Source of the DNA: Podarcis cretensis
Lineage: Eukaryota
Length of the DNA stretch: 64,000 bases
Assembly: GCA_951804945.1 (NCBI GenBank)
Contig: OX638152.1
Location: 78,988,001 to 79,052,000 of the forward strand
Direction of reading: 5' to 3'
The notes beneath the pieces are model-generated. The model did not search any database and was not told the DNA's origin. It saw nothing but the letters and a program-made list of their open reading frames with translations. Positions 1 to 13,425 of the stretch are shown in pieces. The position numbers were made by a program, and so were the translations under genes. The stretch's first letter is position 1. Each line of letters begins with the position of its first letter.

Positions 1-2444
1 GTGTTAACTTTTTTTCTTTTTTACAAACAATGTGGCACCAGGTAAAAACATTTTTATTCTCTGGGTCATAAGGATAGCTACCGGTAATCGTATTGGTACT
101 AAGTTTGGGCTTCAGTGTGCATGCTTTGTAATTGTTGTGTTGATATTGTCCATTATTTCACAGACATGTTAGGGATGGTAGGGAAATGTCACTTGATGTT
201 ATTGATGTCATGGACTCCTGACTGGATAGTAACTGGTGTCACTGATGACAAATAATCACCTTACAAACAAACAACCCAGTAGCAGTGCAGAAATTACTTC
301 CACGGACAGTCTTAACCTCTGGTGTGAACTGGATATTGCATGTAAGACCACTCTGACAAGCTACTGAAATTCCCTTCAAACCTGCTCTATATAATAAAAA
401 TGAAAGAATGTCGTCATGCAACTCCCTTGAAGGGGGGCTAATCCCTGGATTTCCATGAAGTCAGGGTGAGGCAGGGAAGCAAAAGTGAAGTCAAGTTGCA
501 CAACGGCAGTGGCCATGGCATGGGAGCAAGAAAGGAGAAACAATGAGAGGGGGGAAAGTGGTTTGATTAAAACGACAGCAGAGGTTTGAGTAGAGATGAG
601 GAGACATTGAAGTTTTGTTTTCAAAAGAGTTTTAACAAGTTTTAACTTTCTCTCCCCTGCTTTACTCAAACTTCTGCCATCATTTTAAAACGGCCACTTT
701 CCCCCTTTCTATGTTTACGTAGAGTTATTTTGATCTTTTAAAGACCTTCAGCTCACAATTAAGCTATTAGTATGCTACCATGTGCATTGTGGGATACATT
801 ACACTTAGTTGAAATCAAAGGTTAGCAGTTAGTAGCATTTAAGAAGCTTTCATTTCCGAGGTAATTTAAGTCACTTGTTGGCAAAGTGACTGTTCTTGTC
901 CTTTTCCTGTCACTTACATGTGTCCATTCATCAGCGTAACCTAAAAGATCTTTTATACCTGGCATTAAAAAGGGGGTGTGGGGGAAGGGGGGGAAACACT
1001 TATTTAAGATGGGTGAAGTTGATAGCTGGTGGGAGTTTGCTCACACATGTTTATACTTCAGTAACTTATTAATGAAATAAAACGTAAAAGCCTTACCCTC
1101 CACAGGGAAGTTTTATGGGGAAAGCATAACTTTTTAAAATTTAAAACTATAGCTTCAAATGTAATGCTTGAACTCCCAATATTTAACAAACCAGATTATA
1201 AACAATGACAGGGCTTTGTCCTCAAGCATGTTTAGAAACCCTTAAGGTCTCTAGTTTGTTGTTATCTATTCTCATATACCCAGGAGGTAGAATGAGTTCA
1301 AAGGTTTACTCCAGGATTCTAAATTGGAATAAATGGAATGTGTTGCTAATGAACTTGTGCATGGAAAAGGAGCAGAAAATGATGGGTGCTCTTTAGATAA
1401 TACGCATTTCAAAAAGGAACGTCCTACTCTTTATGTCCAGGTTTAGCCACAGCACTTAACTCTGCCATAGGTGTGTCCCTGGTTCTGATCTTTCACATTT
1501 AAATATTTTCCTAAGAACCGATTTGCAGGCCAGTGAACCAGTGGTGACAGTACAGTAGAAACTTGTTTTGCTAACGGTAGAATCGTGTCCAGCTGAGTTG
1601 TTTCAGGTGGAACTGAGGCTGCCCATGATCTTAAAACTGTGGGAACGGTGCATCCAAAATACTATTCAAAGGGTTAATGCTGTAGCCTAGAATCTTGTGA
1701 TGTCATATATATACTGGGGCAGTATATGTGTGTGTGTGTGTGTTTTAATTGTGAGAACAGGAGTGCTGCTGCCTGCCTCAGAGCCAGTCTGTAGATATCA
1801 GTCCAGTCTCAGATGCAAATTCATGGAAATATGTTTCAATAATGTAAGTGTCACCTGCCTCTCTTGTACATTCAGTCTGACAAGAGCAAGTACAGCAATG
1901 AAAAGTCATATGTCATCTTAAACTTTAAAAGCAAGCGTTGTGTGGTTTTTGTAGGAGAAAAGAGAACTATTAAAAAAGGGTCAAACGACCCAGGGCAACC
2001 TCCGGACAACTTTGTATAATTACCACGTGTGTGTGTGTGTGTTGGTTGGCTGTGATGATTTTACTTGCTAATTTGCTAATGTTGCACCACTCCCATATGG
2101 ACTCCTCACGCTGTTTAGGAAACAGCAGTGCAGTGTAGACACAGCCGTGAGCTGTCAGGGCTGGAAGTTAAACTGAAGGGGAGCAAACCGCCTTTTGCTT
2201 CCATTCAGCCTCTGATCTAAAGGCAAAAAAAGGGATTTAAATCAAAGGTCACATACTCTGTAGTGTACTCCAAGGCCGGAGGTGGTGAACCACTTTTGAC
2301 TGGAGGACCAGATCCCCACGTGGAGAGTCCTTCTGTGGCAAACTTTAATAGGTGCACGGCTATAGCGATAAAACAATACGATATACAAAGAATAGAAAGA
2401 AAAAGTGAATTATATAAAATTATAAAAGTGAATTATATAAAATA

Positions 2445-2682
2445 CAGTGGTACCTCTGGTTGTGAACAGGATCCGTTCCGGAAGCCCTTTTGCAACATGA
2501 AAAGAACGCAACCCGCATCTGCGCATGCGCGGGTTGTGATTCACCACTTCTGTGCATGCGCGTGATGTCATCATGCGTGAGTGGCGAAACCCGGAAGTAA
2601 CCCTTTCCGGTACTTCCAGGTCGCTGCAGGACGTAACCTGAAAGAACGGAACATGAAGCGGATGTAACATGAGGTATGACAG
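2445..2682. mobile_element. Non-autonomous Tc1/mariner (pogo/Tigger-like) MITE, CAGTGGTACCTC family
   Basis: TA|CAGTGGTACCTC...GAGGTATGACAG|TA, degenerate TIRs and TA TSD. Confidence 0.75.
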
Positions 2683-5310
2683 TACATTTTAGGGTTTTGA
2701 ATCAATAGTCAAATAGTGAAACTTATTCTAATTGCCCCAGCTTGCAACCTTTGCTGTCACCTGCTCATCTTGATCTGCCAAGAGAAAGGGCACTCTGGCA
2801 GTTGCTGGATGACCTGGAATGGACAATAAGAAGGGTGATGACCTTATTCCTCAAGTCCTTATAAAGAGTGCACATCATATGTCATCAGGCATTGCCCATC
2901 AAAGGAAGATTCTTGCTTTGCAATTGTTGGGTTATAACTCCTGTCTTCCATGGCCATTGCCTATGTTGGCTGGAGCCGATGGGAGCTGGACTCTTAACAA
3001 CACCCAGAGGGTTACAGTTTCTCCATCCTCACAGAGTCTGCATTTAGTTACTGCACTGAGATGGCGGTAATAATAATAATATTAATATTATTAGACTAGC
3101 CTCTCTTATAGGTGTATTGTTGCACCTGGGATTGTCCTGAGGACTGCTGGGATGTAGAAACATTTAGTGGTGGTTCTTCCATTTTTGAAAATATAAAATC
3201 CAGTTGTTATCAGGATCTGTCTCCATCACTTGGAAGTAGTCACTATTGAATCGAAGCCACATTCTTTTTTTCTCTGTAAGCACAATCCTCTAAATTTGTT
3301 GGCATACCTAGTGAAATACCTTTTCTTTTGATAAGATTTTTTTCTCCCCCCCCCCCACCTGAAGTTAACTAAGTGGACGTGTCTTGGCTGTTTACATTGG
3401 TATTTTCCCAAACATCAAAGGGGACAAATCTTATGTAGAGGTGGCAATGCCTTTGTAATTGGGGCATCATTAAATGATTTCCAGGTCAATAAACAACAGC
3501 ATTTATTGATTTGCAGACAACACCACAATTACGCACTTGTATAATCCATAGCAAACCCTGCTAGTTTCCAAATGCTTCTTGTCTGCCTGTTATAAAAAAA
3601 CTTCTCATTACATACCAGAGGACACCCCCCACTTACCCATGTTCACATCAGCTGTGTGTAAATATCAATGTTGCTGTCATAGTATATGCATTTCAGTGCA
3701 AACAAACAAACAAACTTTGTTTCAATTTAGTGGATTAAGAATTACTTCTAGTAAATTTGTAGCCTACTTTGGCCATTTGGTATGCATAGGTATTGAATGT
3801 GTGAAGTGGCTTCCAAAAAATGTGCTGGTTAGCCCTGTTCTCTAGGTGCCAACACATGCAGTTGTACTTATTCTTATGGTGGGAGCCCCATGTCCATATC
3901 TTTCAGTCTATCCCTGTGTCCAGGAAACAGGCAATGCATGAACTTGGCAGCCCACATGATAACATTTGTTGCTGGAACACACCACAAAGGGGGAACTGTT
4001 TGAATTCTCTGCCATGTAAAAATAAAAGGAGCATTCCTATACATACATGTCAAAGAAGGGGGAACAGGGCAGAACATGTTCCTTAACAGTAGTTCACAGC
4101 TTTCTTAATTCAAATATTTGATCCTTCACTGCAATCTGTAGGGGACAGCCTTGCAAATGATAGTTCACTTGGAGCTACTGTGGACACTACCCTGCAGAGC
4201 CCAGCTCTCCCTCTCTCAAACTGAAAAAGTTGCATCTGTTGCTCCTCCCAAACATCTTTTGTGCCCCATTTTGACAACTGAACAGCTTGCTGCTACCCCT
4301 TTGTTGGATCTGTCCCAGAAACCTCCCATTGCTGACCCCTGTCTTCCATTATAAGATAAAGGGGGGTTAGGCCATCTTGCCAAACACTTTCTGAGTTTAC
4401 TTGTAGACATATCTGCTCTATATGCCAAACCTCAGAAGGCTGAAGTCAGAATGTTTTTGGGCCAAGGCCTGGTTTGGATTAACCACTATGGCAGTCCCTT
4501 TTTCTTTGCAGAAACCCCATCTTACAGATATCAAATCACAGGCTTGGAGAGGAACCCAATGATGACATCTAGACAAGCCCCCCTCCTTTCATGACTCATG
4601 GAAGTGAAACCCAGTAATAAGATACAAAGATTATGTTTCAAATGCTCACACAAGACTTTTCTGCCATTAAGAAAATAGACTTCTAACCTGAAGACTATAG
4701 ACGAGAACTCAAGCTGTTCCACTCATGTCTGTAGGAGGAAACCATCTGGGTTGGGCGGATTGTATGATTACTTCCCACACTAGCACAAGCCATCCCACAG
4801 GAAAGGAAGATATAGGCATAGGAGCCACATCTTCTGTAGTCTGTATCCTCCTGTGAATATCAGTCACACTGAAATGGTTGACTCAGGGCCATGGTCATCA
4901 GAGGATAGCATAGTCATCTGCTTACTTAGGACCGCATTCTTGCTCCCAAAAGCTTCCTGGCACCACCTCATGATTGCCAGCTGCCCACTTCTGTTATTTT
5001 TCTTCCTAACCCCCAGGGGATGAGTGAGCAAATGATGCCCATGAAAAGCTGAGTGCATCTTCCATTGGTTCTTTCTCAATTGCCTGCCAGCACTCTCACC
5101 GGCAGACCAGCTGGCAGGGATATTGTCCTGTGTCCTGATGAAAACTTGGGAAATTGCTTTAAAGCAGTCATCATGACTTTACAAAAAATGTATTCAGATA
5201 CAGTTGTCTTTACCAAAGGGAATGTATTTCCATTGAGACAGAGGCAGGAGTTTTGAATATTTTATTTGAATAATTCTGAGATTGCCAAAAGCTTTAAAAG
5301 CATATCTGCA

Positions 5311-5382
5311 CTACACTACACTACACTACACTACACTACACTACACTACACTACACTACACTACACTACACTACACTACACT
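5311..5382 (+). repeat. (CTACA)14 pentanucleotide microsatellite
   Basis: Perfect tandem array read directly. Confidence 0.97.
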
Positions 5383-5761
5383 TTGGTTCCAGCATCTGTA
5401 TGTCCTTTGGTGACAAGGAAGTAACCATAAAAATCAATGGAGACCAGGGGGTCAAGTTCCCTAATCAGCTTGGGGTGAATTTTGCAAAATTATTCTCAGT
5501 GGAGGGAGACATCGCTATCATAAATGTCAAGTCTGAAGTTCAGTCATGCCTTTTTTTGTGTGTCTATAGAAGGAAAAACGGAAAATAAAATGTGTTACTT
5601 GACCTTGTCTGCCTTGCCAGCTTCTTCCTATTGACCCTGGGAGGGGGAATTATTGGTTTTGTTTTGTTTTTATTATGTATTTTTGTGTTTCTTATATTGT
5701 AATTTTATGCTATGAACCACCCTGAGATCTATGGATGATAGGCGGTATACAAATTTAACAA

Positions 5762-5785
5762 ATGATGATGATGATGATGATGATG

Positions 5786-5820
<35 letters not shown>
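5762..5820 (+). repeat. (GAT)n(AAT)n compound microsatellite, tail of an L2-like/SINE 3' end
   Basis: Read directly; preceded by a typical ...GGCGGTATACAAATTT retroposon end. Confidence 0.85.
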
Positions 5821-5947
5821 TCCCCTTGACATTCTAATCATGCAGAAAATGGTATTTCGCTTTCTGCCCTTTAAGTCTTTACGTCATATGAAATAACACA
5901 CAGTGATTCTCTTAATTATTTTTGTCCCCACTTCTTTCTCATTGCAG

Positions 5948-6267
5948 GCATTGTGTCTTTGATCTCGTTGGCCATTCTGTCTTACGAACGTTACAGCACC
6001 CTCACCAGTAAGCGTGGCTCTGACTACCAAAAGGCTCTGTTAGGAGTTGGGGGCTCCTGGCTCTATTCTCTGGTCTGGACTGTGCCCCCTCTCATTGGCT
6101 GGAGCAGCTATGGGCTCGAGCGGGCAGGCACCAGCTGTTCCGTCCGATGGACCTCTGAAACACCAGAGTCAGTGTCGTACATCATCTGCCTCTTCATATT
6201 CTGCTTAGTCATCCCCATAATAGTGATGATATACTGCTACGCCCGCCTCTTTTATGATGTCAAACAG
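5948..6267 (+). CDS. tmtops2: TMT-type non-visual opsin (OPN3/TMT family), internal coding exon 2 (TM3-TM5)
   Basis: Pyrimidine tract and AG at 5946-5947; GTAAGT donor at 6268; 320 nt, phase 1 to 0. Encodes GIVSLISLAILSYERYSTLT...WTVPPLIGWSSYGLERAGTSCSVRW...YCYARLFYDVKQ, with the ERY motif, ECL2 Glu181 and Cys187 equivalents. Assignment to the TMT2 subtype is from recall of family sequences. Confidence 0.93.
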
Positions 6268-9118
6268 GTAAGTGTGTCACAGGCGTTATATGCTATCTCT
6301 GAGGTAGGTTGCGTTTCAGATACATGCCCTCTAATATACATACATTAAAAAATGAATTGAAGGCTTTCAAAGATGATAGATTTCTCTCATTTCATATTCG
6401 AAGGCCCTAATCCTCTGCACACTTACTTGAGAGTAAGTCCCCTATACTTAGTGGCATCTCTGTTTATTACAGTTCTATCCTATTCTCCTTTGAGATAAAT
6501 CATCTCCTATCTAGGAAGCTTTCAGGACCATAGCTACTTTCCCTCAGTAGCAGAGCTGCATGTCTTCATAAACTGTTTTCTAGGAACTTAGGGCAAAAAG
6601 ATTAATGCATTGCAGGGTTTGGGCTAGATGACCCTTGTTGTCCCTTCCAACTCTACAATTCTGTGATTCGACGAAGCTGTTTTACATCAGGTGAGCCTCT
6701 TGGCCCATCCACCTCAGTACTGTCTACGTTGACTGACAGTTACTACAGTATCCAAGGTATAGACACAGAATATTCCCAGCCTTCCCTGGAGATTCCAGGA
6801 TTGCCTCCATCTGCACCCAAAGCAGATCCTTTATCTCCTGCTCCTTCAGAGTAAACATTTTGTTTGTTTCTTTAAAATATTTATATTCTGGCCTTGAAGG
6901 TAAACTCATGCAGTTTGGTTCTGAGTGCAGATGAAGAAAAGACTTGGCTCCAGGAGAACACCTAGGCTGTTCCTCTGATCAGACAGGGTAACAATAGCAT
7001 CATCTATGACAGGTAAACTCACCAAGTCCAGACCATCAAACCTTTCCATCAATGAATAGGGGTTATCTGTCTTGGACACTGATGAACTGACTGAAAATGG
7101 TTTAGATTGAATAATGAATTGAACTGGTAATTATCCATTGCTCTCCATTAATAAGATGGTTTTACCTAATTTGTAAATGGATAAACCAACTTCAGCATCA
7201 TTAAGGGTTGTCTGCAGGATTGATTAGCTTTAATGAACCAGGCGCCTTTTGATTGTCCTCATGGATCTGACGAGTTGACAGTATTTGTGATTAATTTGTT
7301 ATTTAGGATTGCACTTCTAATTACTACAGTGTCTACTGAGAAGTAAGTCCTTCAGTTCAATGGAACCAAACGGGGTTAGGATTGCAGCCTAATTTATTCT
7401 ACCTTGATTAATGAGATTTATGATGTTGTTGAACTCCAACTCCCATCAACTCCAGCCAACAAACCCAGTGGGGAGGGATGATGGATGTTGTAGTCAAGCA
7501 ATGTCTGGAGGGGCACCATGGCAGCTATTCCTGCATTTTATAATTTCTGCAAAAACATGTACAGCAGTTAAACTTTGCTTATGCTCTGCTCTTTCCCAGG
7601 CTCCACCACATGTTAGGTGTTGGCTGGATATTGTGATGTTGCTTTAGAATTAGAACTTGGAGAACTCTCATGCAAAGGACAAAATTTGGAAGGGTTATAC
7701 ATGTATTGATTGTCCGGAGAAGGCTTCAGTTTTTACTTATTCTTCAGTGTGGTAGACATCTCCTGCCTTTCAGTGATGTTTTTCTCATTTGAAGCCCCGA
7801 GAGTCCAATTTTAGTCAGGTTCTAAGTACTTGAGTAAGCAGGGTTGGCCTTTGCATGAGAATTTTGAAATTAGGGCTATGAGTAATGCTAGATGATATAT
7901 TTGATTTCAGGAGCTAACTCCTGGAGGATTCCTGTCAGAGCAAAAGCTATTACCTGAATACCTTCAAGAATTAAATATCTGCCCAGTAGGAACCTACAAT
8001 ATTCACAAAGCGCTCTAACATTTCAAAGCCAAGATTGTAGGACATTAGGATCTACTATAATCAGACTGATTTTTCCAGATTGTTTATCGCTAAGTCATAT
8101 GGTGTTTATTTCAGGGGAAATAATAAACTTCGTTAAACTGCCTTCAAAAAGGGCAAAACTAGAATTAAAACATGTGTATAACCTTCATAACGGATGCGTG
8201 TGTTTTGTACACAACTATTTGCACTATGTTCCATATGGCGATAGCCAAAAGAACAGATTTCAGTGGAGCTACTCAGTACGTCTTAATTGGAAATCACTCA
8301 CAGTATCTTGTGAGAATGTGGCACAGAATTCTTAACAACAGACTTTAATTGTTAATTAAGGCTGCACTCCCAACCTCATTTACCGGGGAGTAAGCCCCAT
8401 TGAATTCAACAGAATTAGGATTTACTTATGAGTAGGCATGGTTAGGATTGTGGCATTAGCCATTTCAAAATTCCATATTCATTCAAAAAACCACTTTTTA
8501 CTTCTGTTAGCAGTCTCTTGTGTATACTGTGCACTTAAAAAAAATATGGATGTGTACAACAACAAGAAAATTCATTTCTTATTGTATACTGTATTTGGCT
8601 GAATGCAAAGAGAGGTTGTCTTCTCTAGGGGTTGTTTGTTACTAAAGGAAAGGGGACTTTCTGTCTGGTGCCACTCTTCACAGTAGAATGCACAAATAAC
8701 ACATTAGTGTTCCATGTACAAGGAAATGACATCTCTTCTGGCTTTATACTTCTGTCTGTGTACTATATGCCATTGACCCAAGCTATAAACTCCTGGTGAT
8801 GCTTCCAGTATAATACTTCCTTGTACCTGTTAGCAAGAATTTCCTTAAAGAGCAAACCGGGCAGAACAATAATTCCACAGGAAAATTACCCACAGAATAG
8901 TAAGCAAAGAAATTTGTTTGAACTTTCTAACGTTTGAGTGGCAGCAATATTGGAACTTGCGCTTAAATGCAGATGAGGATTCCTCACCTCAAAGCCCTTG
9001 ATCCCTTAACTTCTCAATGTTTCGTATCCTCTTAGGAATCCTTACCTGTTACCACACACAAATTGCTTGTTAATATAAACACATTTCCTTTAAATGGAAA
9101 TATTCTCTTTTGGAGATA

Positions 9119-9987
9119 CAGGTGAAACTCGGAAAATTAGAATATCGTGGAAAAGTTCATTTATTTCAGTAATTCAACTTAAAAGGTGAAACTAATATAT
9201 GAGATAGACTCATGACATGCAAAGCAAGATATGTCAAGCCTTTATTTGTTATAATTGTGATGATCATGGCGTACAGCTGATGAAAACCCCAAATTAACAA
9301 TATCAGAAAATTAGAATATTAAATGAAATCAGCAAAACAAGAATTGTAAATAGACCAGTACTGGACCTCTGAGAAGTAGAAGCATGCATATGTAGTCAGT
9401 GCTTGGTTTGGCCCCCTTTTGCATCAATTACTGCCTCAATGCGGTGTGGCATGGATGCTATCAGCCTGTGGCACTGCTGAGGTGTTATGGAAGACCAGGA
9501 AGCTTCAACAGCAGCCTTCAGCTCTTCTGCATTGCTTGGTCTCATGTCTTTCATCTGTCTCTTGGCAATGCCCCATAGATTCTCTATGGGGTTCAGGTCA
9601 GGCGAGTTTGCTGGCCAATCAAGCACAGTAATCCCATGGGCATTGAACCAGGTTTTGGTACTTTTGGCAGTGTGGGCAGGTGCCAAATTCCTGCTGGAAA
9701 ATGAAGTCAGCATCCCCATAAAGCTCGTCTGCGGAAGGAAGAATGAAGTTCTCCAAAATCTCCTGGTAGACGGCCATGTTGACCCTGGACTTAATGGTGT
9801 TGGTCCACTGTTGTTGAGTCCAGGGTCAACGCAGCCGTCTACCAGGAGATTTGGGGGCACTTCATGCTTCCTTCCGCAGATGAGTTTTATGGGGGTGCTG
9901 ACTTCATTTTCCAGTTTCACCTTTTAAGTTGAATTACTGAGATAAATGAACTTTCCCATGATATTCTAATTTTCTGAGTTTCACCTG
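9119..9987 (-). mobile_element. Internally deleted Tc1-family DNA transposon with transposase C-terminal remnant
   Basis: 75-bp TIRs (9119-9193 and 9913-9987, CAGGTGAAACTC...) with TA TSD. The minus strand encodes LAPAHTAKSTKTWF...VLDWPANSPDLNPIENLW, with a frameshift near 9688. Confidence 0.92.
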
Positions 9988-11678
9988 TAGTCTAACAGCT
10001 GCTGTACGGTGAGATGGGGGGAAAGCTGGTGGTTGATGTCTCATCCTGGCTATGTTTTTACCTGGAATATTTCATCTCCGCTTTCTAAAGCTATTGTGAT
10101 AGTACCTGCCGCTGCAGGTCTCAGAGGCTATCTGAGCTGAATCCTGATGGCTTCCTTGTGTTCCTCACTTTTATCTCCCTTAGAGACCTGTTGCAGTTGT
10201 TTCACCTGTCAAAAAGAATCTAGGGATGTCTTGCTAGAGGCACATGCTTAGGCACATTAGAGAAAGCCTCTCTTTTCCTTAGAGGGAGTAGCTGAATGCA
10301 GACAGAGAAGGAAGCACCGTAGGATTGCATCTGTTTAAAGGAGCTTGTATAATCTCACTTGGCAACCAGTTGCTGCTGGGATGGGAGACCCGGAAGGAAC
10401 TTCATTGTTTCTTGAGCGTTGGTTGGATGAATGCGTTGTGACAGGATCCCCAACCCTGGGACATCCTGATAGTTTATGTCTCTCTGGGGATAAATGCATC
10501 TATTTTGGTTTGTGGGTAAATGGATTTTTTTTTTATTTTGCTTCAGGGCAAATGCAGAATTCTGGGTGGGCCCAGAGGGAATTGTGCCTCTGTAATGAAC
10601 TCTTCTTGCAAACTATATTTGTAAGGGGGCCCAGCTATGCTGCTTGTAACCTGCCCGCTTTCGCTGTGAGCACTCGAACACTGAATTCAGGCCAAGTTTG
10701 AAGACTTGCTTACTCTGTGCCTCTCACTCTATAGTGCCCTATAGTGCCTCAGACACATACAAGAACCTTACATATATAACAGACTTGGGTGCCAAGTTAG
10801 AATGGCTGTGTCGCTAAAATAAGACTGCTCAGAAACAAGAGGGAGCATACTTGCAGTAAACCCTAGGGTATACAGTGTTGTCAGAACCCTAGGGTTTACA
10901 GAAGTATTAAAATATTTGGGGGTGATTTCATGAGGAAACCCGCTCCCCAATCCAATGATGATTGGAGGTTTTTAATGTCTGTTGTTTTATTGTATTTTAA
11001 TATCTTGTTGGAAGCCGCCCAGAGTGGCTGGGGAAACCCAGCAAGATGGGTGGGGTATAAATAATAAATAATAAATAATAAATAATAGATTATTATTATT
11101 AGTAGTAGTAGTAGTACTCAGTGGCCATGGAATGCTGAGTTTCTTTGGGTGAGGAAGGCACAAATAATCAAGAGACAGAGGGAAAGTGGGACTAGAATAT
11201 CCTGAAAGGGGAAATGGCTAGATAGAACATTGAACAAGAGTACATTCTGCAACATTTTATTGCAGTCTCCACTTGTTCATGCTTTTCTTAACAAGGCTCA
11301 GGCCAATTCTGAAAGTCACACACTGACAAAAGTTCTTGTAAGTAAGCTGATTCTGTGATGTTCCAAAATGCTTTGTCTTCTGATGGATGCTGGTAAACAC
11401 GACCCCAGAAGGCCCAACATGAGGAGTGTCGGTGTGATGTGAAAGTGCTTGCCTTGCGATAATTATGAGTCAACAGTGTGAGCCCATTCAGGGTGACTGG
11501 TCTTGGCCTCTCCCCTCCCCAGTAGCTGCTTTCACCTTCTCAGAATCCACAGATGGTGGAACAGATAGACAGAAACAGTTGCTTTATACATCTCAAGTTC
11601 AATCTCCAACATCTCCCAGTAGGTCTGGGAGAGACTCCCTGTCTGATACCCTGGAGAGTTGCTGCAGTCAGTGTAGAC

Positions 11679-11814
11679 CAGGCATGTCCAAACTCGGCCC
11701 TCCAGATGTTTTGGGACTACAATTCCCATCATCCCTGACCACTCGTCCTGTTAGCTAGGGATCATGGGAGTTGTAGTCCAAAAACATCTGGAGGGCCAAG
11801 TTTGGCCATGCCTG
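11679..11814. mobile_element. hAT (Charlie/Buster-like) MITE inserted in a SINE
   Basis: Near-palindromic CAGGCATGTCCAAACT...AGTTTGGCCATGCCTG; 8-bp TSD GTGTAGAC/GTGTAGGC. Confidence 0.88.
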
Positions 11815-11978
11815 GTGTAGGCAGTACAGAAACAGATGGAACAGTGAGTCTGCCTAGGTGTTAGGCAGCTTTTTTTTGGTAAATATTAATATATGGTTTG
11901 GGGTGTGGGCATTCAGGTGGCAGTTTCCTGTTTGCAGTATGAAATGTTAACATCGATTGTACTGGGCAAATGAACATA

Positions 11979-12212
11979 CTGTATTTTTTGCTCTATAAGA
12001 CTCACTTTTTCCCTCCTAAAAAGTAAGGGGAAATGTGTGTGCATCTTATGGAGTGAATGCAGGCTGCGCAGCTATCCCAGAAGCCAGAACAGCAAGAGGG
12101 ATTGCTGCTTTCACTGCGCAGCGATCCCTCTTGCTGTTCTGGCTTCTGAGATTCAGAATATTTTTTAGGTGTGTCTTATGGTCTGGTGTGTCTTATAGAG
12201 CGAAAAATACGG
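11979..12212. mobile_element. Tc1/mariner-type MITE, CCGTATTTTT family
   Basis: TA|CTGTATTTTTTGCTCTATAAGAC...GTCTTATAGAGCGAAAAATACGG|TA; highly similar to 55141-55399 in inverted orientation. Confidence 0.88.
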
Positions 12213-13103
12213 TACTTGCTTGAGTTGGAACCAGTTTTTTTTTTTTTAAAAAAAGAAAATAGGTGCCAGTGTGCAGTGCCTCTACTTAGACATTGCATCT
12301 TATTTATTAAAGACATTCCAAAGAGTAACCTCTATGATTCAGGTCAGGGATAGTCCATTTCTGTACATCAGGATTGTTGTTCAGGCACTGATCTGTGAGC
12401 ACTGCGCACACTTGTCAGGCTCTAGAATGTTGCTACAAATTGACAATATCGACTTAGAAGTTATATAACACTAATTAGGAGCTGTATGAGGTAGTAGTAC
12501 AATATATTTACATGCGATGATTGATTGGTTCTTCAGCAGCTGTTTTCAAGGACATTTACCTACAGAACTCCAAGAGAGGGACAATATTTACAACTTTTAA
12601 AGAATATTTTATTTTCCTTTCAAATTAAACTGAGCAATTAACACACACACACACACACATAACCATTTAGTAGTGCCCTGGGGATCTATTTGGGAGCCAA
12701 TTCTGACCATCCATTGTTCACATTCTAAAGCGTTCCAAGGCGAAGAGCAGCCAATTCAAAGCAATTCCATGCCAAAGGGTGCTCCAAAACAGAAAATGAT
12801 GCTGCAGTCCTACGCACAATTGCTTAGGAGTAATCCCCATTTAATTCAATGGGATTAGCTTCTAAGCAGGCATGCTTAAGATTTGCCCTGTAAGCTTATT
12901 AATTAAAAACAATCTGGTGTATTGGGTATTTTGTGGATGCCATGCGACACCCAATTTTATTTTAACTTTGGATTTGTTTCAGGGGTGAGGCAGTGGGGGT
13001 GCTTAAAACCAGTATCTGGGAGCAGTTAACAGCCAGCCTGAGGCACCTGTCTTGTTCTGCATAATGATAAGGCTGGTCCTGCTCCAAAGAACAAGGGCCT
13101 GAC

Positions 13104-13425
13104 TGTTATGTATTCAGTGGTCTGTGTTTGCCTGAGCTTGAGTCTGGACTAAGGATTCTGAGCCCCTGTGTTCTGATTCGATACATGATATCCAATCACA
13201 GAACATTTCTGGATTTGGGCCTCTGCCATTGGCCCTTAAACTCTTGAGTCATGATTCGCAGCTTGGAAGTTTAGACAGCCAATCACGTTGGGAGTGGGAG
13301 TGGCCCAGGCCTTCAGAAATGTATATAAGCAGTTGCTTTGCCCCTGTTGTTTAGTTCTGTTTGTTCAATAAAGGTTCTTGCTGTTATCACTGTGTCTTGC
13401 CTGGTGGGAACCCACCTACACTTCA
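13104..13425 (+). mobile_element. Solo LTR (322 bp)
   Basis: TG...CA termini and a perfect 5-bp TSD CTGAC (13099-13103, 13426-13430). CCAAT at 13192 and 13279, TATATAA at 13322, AATAAA at 13367, in U3-R-U5 order. Confidence 0.85.

Noticed and set aside
2024-2322. CACGTG E-boxes as circadian elements for the opsin
   Set aside because: Isolated hexamers are expected by chance, one lies in repeat-like sequence, and no conservation data are available.
1-5947. Opsin exon 1
   Set aside because: No TM1-TM3 peptide (N-N-x-x-V-L, L-x-x-x-D motifs) appears in the ORF track or on reading; it is presumably upstream of the window.
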